A stretch of DNA of 64,000 bases from the NCBI GenBank assembly GCA_041744215.1, contig JBGTLG010000004.1:1-64000 (forward strand), read 5' to 3'. The stretch comes from Fimbriimonadales bacterium. Its GTDB lineage: Bacteria; Armatimonadota; Fimbriimonadia; Fimbriimonadales; ATM1. This document shows, one piece after another, positions 58,066 to 64,000 of the stretch (within the stretch, counting starts at the first letter, position 1; every line of letters starts with the position of its first letter). The notes below the pieces were generated by a model that was not told the origin of the DNA, searched no databases, and saw only the letters and a program-made list of their open reading frames with translations. Made by a program: the position numbers and the translations under genes.

Positions 58066-59166
58066 ATGACATTGAACGGAGTGGACGCGGTCGACCTCGT
58101 TCTAGTCGGCGTCGGACTTGTCGCCCCTATACTCGTGGCGGCCGGCATCGCTGGCTGGCTAAAGAGTCTCGCGAGAAGGGCGTCCCAGGTTTCTGGAGTC
58201 GCTCCGGCAGAGACGATTGCCTCAATCTTCAGGTGGCCCGTCGTTTTCGCGGGCGTGCTTGCTGGGCTATACCTCTCATCGCTCTGGGCACGTGAACTTT
58301 CAGTCGAGCTCCTTCGAAATCGAAACTGGCCGCTCTTCGAGCGGTGGCTGATCGCCGCGGCAGTACTTCTCGCGTTCTACGTGGGCTACCGCCTTGCAGT
58401 GTCTGCGTTTCGCTTCGCCGCGCGCAGAGCCAATCGTGACCCGCGCGATTTCTTCTTCATCAGCAAACTTACAGCTGCGGTAATCAGTGCGATCGCCGCA
58501 GTGACTGCGCTCAATCTCTTGGGCGTTAACATCGGCCCAGTCCTGGCCTCATTGGGAGTAGCCGGAATCGCCGTGGCGTTAGCCCTCCAAGACACCCTCG
58601 GCAACTACTTTGCATCACTCTCCATTACCGTTGATAAGGCGCTCAAGCCGGGCGATTACATACGGCTCGAATCAGGACACGAGGGATTTGTCGAGGCGGT
58701 CGGATGGCGAACCACGCGGATCAGGCCGTATGGAGAGACGATGCTCATCGTTCCAAACTCCAAACTGACGTCGTCTATCGTCACTAACTTCTACCTTCCA
58801 GAGAATTCAGTGCGAGTCTACATCGATTTTGGAGTCGGTTACGAAGAGAACTTGGAGGAAGTGGAAGAAGTGCTGATCGAGACGGCCAAAGAAACGATTC
58901 ACCGAGTGCCGGGCGCGGACACGGAGTTTGAGCCCATCGTCCGATTCAAGGAGTTCGCAGACTCGAACATTGCTGGAACGCTGACCTTGCGCGCGAGCGA
59001 CTTCGAAATGAGCTTTCGTTTGAAGCACGAGTGTATAAAGGCGATACACAGGAAGTTTGCAGAGAAGGGAATTGCAATCAACTACCCGGTGCGGCAGATC
59101 GTTCCTATGGTAGTCGACACCGGGCCAAAATATCCGCCGCCAGACGTACCTCGGGACGTCATCTGA
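58066..59166 (+). CDS. MscS family mechanosensitive channel
   Basis: LASLGVAGIAVALALQDTL.N, GD.I, G.VE..GWRTT.I, VPNSKL. Confidence 0.93.
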   Translation: MTLNGVDAVDLVLVGVGLVAPILVAAGIAGWLKSLARRASQVSGVAPAETIASIFRWPVVFAGVLAGLYLSSLWARELSVELLRNRNWPLFERWLIAAAVLLAFYVGYRLAVSAFRFAARRANRDPRDFFFISKLTAAVISAIAAVTALNLLGVNIGPVLASLGVAGIAVALALQDTLGNYFASLSITVDKALKPGDYIRLESGHEGFVEAVGWRTTRIRPYGETMLIVPNSKLTSSIVTNFYLPENSVRVYIDFGVGYEENLEEVEEVLIETAKETIHRVPGADTEFEPIVRFKEFADSNIAGTLTLRASDFEMSFRLKHECIKAIHRKFAEKGIAINYPVRQIVPMVVDTGPKYPPPDVPRDVI

Positions 59167-59171
59167 ACGAC

Positions 59172-59924
59172 ATGATCAAACCAGACTGGCAATACGCAAT
59201 GGTCATTGGCGCGTCAAGTGGCGTCGGTGAGCAGATAGCGCGGCAGCTCGCCGCGACGGGGTGTAGAGTGGCGCTCGTTGCTCGGCGAGAAGATCGGGTG
59301 AGGAAGATCTCAATGGACATAAATGGACCTTCACTCCACCTCGCCGTTCCGTTTGCACACGATGTGCTTGACTTTACCAACGCCTCGACTCATTTCGATC
59401 ATGTTGTGCAGGACTTGGGTGGCCTTGATATAGTTTTCTATGCTGCAGGTGTCATGCGGCGGGTGGGCCCGACCGAATACGACATTGAGAAAGATCAGAC
59501 CATTGTGGAAACGAATCTCATCGGCGCCATGGCGTGGCTTAATCCGGCTGCAAAACGGTTTGAGCGCGCGAAAGCGGGAGTTATTGTTGGGATTGGTTCC
59601 GTTTCCGGCGACAGAGGTCGCCGAGGGAACCCGGCGTATGCCGCAAGCAAGGCTGGCCTGGAGTGCTATCTGGAATCCTTGCGCAATCGACTTGCCCAGT
59701 TGGGAGTGAGCGTCGTCACCGTAAAGCCCGGACCGATCCTCACGGAGATGACTGCTGCGCTCGGAAAGCAGCCAATGATGATCCCTGCAGAGCGAGCCGC
59801 TGAACTGATCATCAAGGCTGCAAAGAAGTCAAACAAAACAGTGTACGTGCCAGGCAGGTGGTGGCTAGTCTCAAGAATTCTAAGAGCAATCCCTTCAGTT
59901 TTATTCAGGAGACTGCGGATTTGA
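59172..59924 (+). CDS. Short-chain dehydrogenase/reductase (DprE2-like)
   Basis: GASSGVG, SV.GDRGR..N..YAASKAG, VKPGP..T.MT. Confidence 0.85.
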   Translation: MIKPDWQYAMVIGASSGVGEQIARQLAATGCRVALVARREDRVRKISMDINGPSLHLAVPFAHDVLDFTNASTHFDHVVQDLGGLDIVFYAAGVMRRVGPTEYDIEKDQTIVETNLIGAMAWLNPAAKRFERAKAGVIVGIGSVSGDRGRRGNPAYAASKAGLECYLESLRNRLAQLGVSVVTVKPGPILTEMTAALGKQPMMIPAERAAELIIKAAKKSNKTVYVPGRWWLVSRILRAIPSVLFRRLRI

Positions 59925-61390
59925 AACCGCCCACTCAGCGTCTCGAGCGCGTCGAGGCGTGGGGTATGTCCTCCAGTAGCGTCGCGTATCTTTATAAGCC
60001 CTCGTCAGTCGATGGGATTCTTGAAGCCTTCGCTGAGGCGCGAAGCTTGGGAAAGACCATCGCGCTTAAGGGCGCAGGCAACAGCTACGGGGATGCCTTT
60101 CAAAACGCCGAAAACGTCGTGATCGACCTCTCTCGCATGACGAGAGTCCTCAAATATGACCCCGTTGAAGGGCTGATCACTTGCGAGCCAGGCGCAACGA
60201 TTAGGGATATCTGGAGATATGTGATCGGTGATGGTTGGTGGCCGCCAGTCGTGAGCGGAACAAGCCATGTGACGATCGGAGGTGCCTTGGCTGCGAACAT
60301 CCATGGCAAAAACAACGTTCATGCCGGACCGATTGGAGAACATGTTGTTTCCTTTGACCTCTTGCTTCCCTCGGGCCAAGTTGTCCATTGTGATCCGCTT
60401 ACCGAGCCCGAACTGTTCTACTCAGTCATGGGATCATTTGGCCTCTTAGGCGTTATCGTTTCAGCGACGTTGCGACTGAAGAGAGTTCACTCAGGTCAGT
60501 TAAACGTCGAAGCGATCGCGGTGAAATCGCTCACGTCAGCGTTTGAGGTCTTCGAATCTCGAGCGGACCGTCATGATTACATCGTCGGGTGGATCGATGC
60601 ATTTGCCTCGGGAAGTAGGTGCGGCCGTGGCCTGATTCATGTTGCAGACTACGCCGAAGAGGGGGAAGATCCACATCCTGAGGAATCACTACGTGTCGAG
60701 GCGCAACAATTGCCGGATACCTTCGGCGGTTGGCTCGCGCGGTCAAAGCTTTGGAGGATCATGAGGCCGTTCGTACGTCCGAGTGGAATGCGGCTTGTAA
60801 ACTATGCGAAATGCGTGGGAGCGAAGCGCGAGCATGGCAAGCAGTATAAGCAATCATTGGTTGCATTCAATTTCCTTCTCGATTCCGCGCCAAATTGGAA
60901 GTGGAGTTACCGACCCGGCGCGCTCATCCAGTACCAATCATTCATCCCCAAGGAAAATGCGTCTGTGGCGTTCGAGCGTATCATCACTCTATCTCAGGAT
61001 CGGGGCCTTGTTCCTTACCTCGCTGTGATGAAGCGGCATCGAAGTGACAGTTTTCTGCTGAGCCATGCGGTTGATGGGTACTCGCTCGCGCTCGACTTCC
61101 ACGTTACGCGCAAGAATCAAGAGAGGGTGAAGGAACTGACACGCGCCCTCGATGATATCGTCCTCGCAAATCAAGGCAAGTTCTACTTCGCAAAAGACAG
61201 CACTCTTATTCAGGGGGGAGCTAAGCTCTTTCTCGGGGAAGATCTCGTCGATAGGTTTACAGCCCTTAAAAAGCGGCTCGATCCCGAAGCTATCCTTCAG
61301 ACCGAACTCTCTAAGCGTGTGTTTGGTGAGTTCGAATCTGCAGCCGCACAGCTTTCGCCAGACGATGAGAACGCGGAACCGATGCGCTGA
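59921..61390 (+). CDS. FAD-binding oxidoreductase (DprE1-like)
   Basis: G.G.SYGD, PV..GT..VTIGGA.A..IHGKN, GL.G.I, WID, QYQ, LAV.K, GYSLALDF, YFAKDS. TTG start overlaps the SDR stop. Confidence 0.85.
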   Translation: MKPPTQRLERVEAWGMSSSSVAYLYKPSSVDGILEAFAEARSLGKTIALKGAGNSYGDAFQNAENVVIDLSRMTRVLKYDPVEGLITCEPGATIRDIWRYVIGDGWWPPVVSGTSHVTIGGALAANIHGKNNVHAGPIGEHVVSFDLLLPSGQVVHCDPLTEPELFYSVMGSFGLLGVIVSATLRLKRVHSGQLNVEAIAVKSLTSAFEVFESRADRHDYIVGWIDAFASGSRCGRGLIHVADYAEEGEDPHPEESLRVEAQQLPDTFGGWLARSKLWRIMRPFVRPSGMRLVNYAKCVGAKREHGKQYKQSLVAFNFLLDSAPNWKWSYRPGALIQYQSFIPKENASVAFERIITLSQDRGLVPYLAVMKRHRSDSFLLSHAVDGYSLALDFHVTRKNQERVKELTRALDDIVLANQGKFYFAKDSTLIQGGAKLFLGEDLVDRFTALKKRLDPEAILQTELSKRVFGEFESAAAQLSPDDENAEPMR

Positions 61391-61409
61391 ATCGTGTCAA
61401 AATCGTGGA

Positions 61410-62267
61410 GTGAGTACAGATGGCGCGGCAAAGTACATTGAGTACCCGATAAGGTCCGACAAGCTCTCGATGCGGGCTGAGATAGGTGAACAAATTGCCT
61501 GCGTTCAGTCAGATTTCCAATTGATCGAGATTTTCGAAACTCCTGCTTTCGGCCGCATGCTGTTTCTCGATAAGCACGTCCAACTCGCTGAGTTAGACGA
61601 ACGTGCATACCACGAATCACTCGTTCATGTGCCGATGCTGAATATCAGGAACCCCAAACGCGCGCTCATCATTGGCGGTGGAGATGGCGGGGTGCTTCGC
61701 GAAGTCCTACGACACTCAAGCGTCGAACGCGTCGACATCGTTGAGATTGATCCGGAAGTCATCGAAGTCTGCCGGAGGCAGTTGCCGTTTCTCAACGCCG
61801 GAGTCTTCGAGGATTCAAGAGTACAACTCACAATTGGCGACGCCTTCGATTTTGTCCAATCCCCGAGAGAGTCGTACGATCTAATCGTCGTTGACTGCAC
61901 TGATGTGTATGAAGAAGAGAATGGCGCCCTCAGCGAGCAGTTGTTCACCGAATCATTTTATCGGCGACTGCTCGAAATGACATCCCAGGAGGGATTCGTC
62001 GTCACACAAGCCGACAATTTTGTCTTTTGCCCTTACTCGCTTGACGCAATCCGAAAGAGCTTCGCGAAGGTGTTTCCAAAAACGGGCGATTACTTTGCAG
62101 TGGTGCCCTCGTTCGGCGGATTCTCAGCGTTCTGTTGGGGAAGCAAGGATCCTGTGGTACGTCCGCGGTGGACGGACTTGCGAGCAGACCCCGGCGAATT
62201 GTCTTACCTTGGCAGCGAAGCGTATGACTTCGGGCAATCAAAGCTTACCTTTGTCGATATCAAGTAG
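61410..62267 (+). CDS. speE: Spermidine synthase (GGGDG type), second paralog
   Basis: S.FQ.I, FGR.L.LD, DE..YHE.LVH, IIGGGDGG.LRE, VEID, D.TD. Confidence 0.88.
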   Translation: MSTDGAAKYIEYPIRSDKLSMRAEIGEQIACVQSDFQLIEIFETPAFGRMLFLDKHVQLAELDERAYHESLVHVPMLNIRNPKRALIIGGGDGGVLREVLRHSSVERVDIVEIDPEVIEVCRRQLPFLNAGVFEDSRVQLTIGDAFDFVQSPRESYDLIVVDCTDVYEEENGALSEQLFTESFYRRLLEMTSQEGFVVTQADNFVFCPYSLDAIRKSFAKVFPKTGDYFAVVPSFGGFSAFCWGSKDPVVRPRWTDLRADPGELSYLGSEAYDFGQSKLTFVDIK

Positions 62268-62385
62268 CTGCGGAACCACATCGGCAGGAGAGGATTGACG
62301 AGCGGTCTGCTCTGCAGTGGTTGGTGTTTGGGCACAAGCCTCGGGAGAAGTGTGCCCAAACAAGCACAAGAAGATAAAACCCGGT

Positions 62386-62411
62386 CGAACCTCCATCGCT
62401 CCGTATTCGTC
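62386..62411 (+). promoter_or_regulatory. Putative ECF sigma promoter
   Basis: CGAAC-N17-CGTC, 30 nt upstream of ATG62442. Confidence 0.4.
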
Positions 62412-62441
62412 AGAACGGTGAATCCTAAGGGGAATCGCGCT

Positions 62442-63254
62442 ATGTTCGAAACACGGCAGTATCGTGGCTTTACTGTAATTGAGTTGCTGGTGGTGGTCGC
62501 GATCATCGCGATTTTGGCCGCGATACTGTTTCCGGTCCTCAAGCAGGCGAGGGATGTTGCGAAGCGGACTGCCTGTATGAGCAACATGCACCAAATCGCA
62601 ACGGCGATGCGCCTTTACCTCATTGACACGGACGAGAAGTGGTTCCCGTGCAGCTACTACGAGGAGGCTGGACCTGAGTTTGCTCCCCAAAAGGTTTGGC
62701 TGGGTTACGACAACAACAACGGGCCGCTCGTAGAAGGATTCTATGGTCGATCGAATGCCAGTGCACAGAACCGGCCGCGCCCGGGAATCATAGAACCCTA
62801 CATCAATAGCCTTGAGATAAAAAGGTGTCCTGCGATGCCGAACTCGTGGCAGACTTCCTATGCGCTCAATTGGTTCAGCACGATCTGGCCAAGTGCATAC
62901 TATGCAACGAATCCAGCAGCGGAGGGGAAAGAGTTTGGGCCGGCTTCAAAAACCGTCCTGACTGCGTCCGACGGCAGCATGGTCGGTGAAGGTGCGATGG
63001 ACTCTGAGATAGAAGAGCCATCCATGACGGTCGTCCTTTGGGAACACGATGCGCGTGCCCCAGTGTGCAACTGGCTACAGGGCTACGACTGGTTCGAAGC
63101 GCCGCCAGACGATCCCACGCTTCGAGGACACTTTCACTTTTTGCACCACAGCGGCACAAACACGATCTGGGCGGACACCCACGCCAAATGGATGCAATAC
63201 CGGCAACTACGCCGCCCAATGTTCTCGGTGTACAAGCACATCTACCCGGACTGA
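62442..63254 (+). CDS. Prepilin-type N-terminal cleavage/methylation domain protein (DUF1559-like)
   Basis: RGFTVIELLVVVAIIAILAAILFPV..QAR, C.SN..QI, C-terminal H..G.N..WAD.HAK. Confidence 0.9.
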   Translation: MFETRQYRGFTVIELLVVVAIIAILAAILFPVLKQARDVAKRTACMSNMHQIATAMRLYLIDTDEKWFPCSYYEEAGPEFAPQKVWLGYDNNNGPLVEGFYGRSNASAQNRPRPGIIEPYINSLEIKRCPAMPNSWQTSYALNWFSTIWPSAYYATNPAAEGKEFGPASKTVLTASDGSMVGEGAMDSEIEEPSMTVVLWEHDARAPVCNWLQGYDWFEAPPDDPTLRGHFHFLHHSGTNTIWADTHAKWMQYRQLRRPMFSVYKHIYPD

Positions 63255-63257
63255 TAA

Positions 63258-63875
63258 TCAGTTGATCTGACCAAACAGCGGAACACTAAGTAACTGAGCG
63301 TAGAGTTTAGCGTTTGCTACGAAGTCGCCCTGGCTCGAGTCCAGCGCGCCATAACTCGCTGAAGAATGCAGGTGCTCGACGACTGGCGGATAACGACTCG
63401 CATCTTTCCACCAAAGCCGAAGAACGTACACATACCCAAAGCCGACTCCCGCTGGGACCGAACCTGGAGGAGACCACGTCCCTCTCGCAGTCTTGGATAA
63501 CGCGGGTAACAATCCCGTGTACCTCTCGAGGCCGAGGCAATTGACTTCGTCCATTGTTCCCGTTCGAGACTGCGAAATCATTCCGTGACGAAATCGGTGG
63601 AAGTAAGTTCGCTTTCGCAAATCAAATCGAAGGTACTGAAATCGCAGATACGCCCAAACGCCGGCTCCCAGAAACATCGGCCCAAAGAAGAGGTGCCAAT
63701 AGGGCATACCTGTATCAGGAATTCCAAAGAAGATGTCGCTTCCGCCGCTCACAATCATCGCGATACCGACACAAACAGCGGCATAAGCTCCATAAACCTC
63801 CAGCGAGCGTTGGCGGAAGGTGAGGACCGTGCGCTCGCGATTAAGATGAGCCCTGAGAGGATTCTCCATCTGCAT
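63258..63875 (-). CDS. Hypothetical membrane protein
   Basis: 205-aa ORF with two N-terminal TM helices, GAGG SD, convergent with the prepilin gene. Confidence 0.6.
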   Translation of the reverse strand: MQMENPLRAHLNRERTVLTFRQRSLEVYGAYAAVCVGIAMIVSGGSDIFFGIPDTGMPYWHLFFGPMFLGAGVWAYLRFQYLRFDLRKRTYFHRFRHGMISQSRTGTMDEVNCLGLERYTGLLPALSKTARGTWSPPGSVPAGVGFGYVYVLRLWWKDASRYPPVVEHLHSSASYGALDSSQGDFVANAKLYAQLLSVPLFGQIN

Positions 63876-64000
63876 GGCGCTACCTCATATCGAAGCGACC
63901 AAGCTTTCCATCTCCGCGCAGTGGTCCTCCATAGATTTCAACAAGGCGAACTGAGCGCGTGTCCGTTGCAGGTTTTGCGCCGGAAATGCTTGCCGATAGT

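Noticed and set aside
63880-64000. 3' end of a minus-strand gene at the window edge
   Set aside because: Two frames are open and neither is recognisable, so no call can be supported.

Overview
About 57% GC bacterial chromosome, probably Armatimonadota (Fimbriimonadia-like). This is inferred from gene content only. The left end (1-445) is low-GC DNA carrying an AAA+ ATPase. It joins the rest through a tRNA-Lys whose acceptor stem halves do not match. Next come tatD-mog-moaC, which have an extreme strand skew, and a ~5 kb defence-type island. The island holds a frameshifted MmeI-like type IIL restriction-modification gene, a translationally coupled three-gene cassette (TIGR04255-like, small helical protein, Cys/His papain-like protein), R-M and Doc-like relics, and an orphan AbrB antitoxin. 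The rest is mostly core genome: a transsulfuration enzyme-hom pair, lysS-greA, a flagellar operon flgB-flhA, a group-2 sigma70, speD-speE, rimO-rimB-rimK, rodA and cell-wall enzymes, glpX, a thermitase-like protease, araFGH, mscL, a GH20 enzyme, tRNA-fMet, tRNA-Pro, a CPA2 antiporter, nrdR-nrdJ with NrdR boxes, two exported proteins, a membrane class III cyclase, mscS, a DprE2/DprE1-like pair, a second speE and a prepilin-type protein. The best leads are the three-gene cassette in the island, a leader-peptide/anti-SD attenuator-like leader in front of speD, a ~155-aa C-terminal domain shared by two unrelated exported proteins, and a candidate ECF-dependent small RNA. Family names are from motif recognition and memory; no searches were run.
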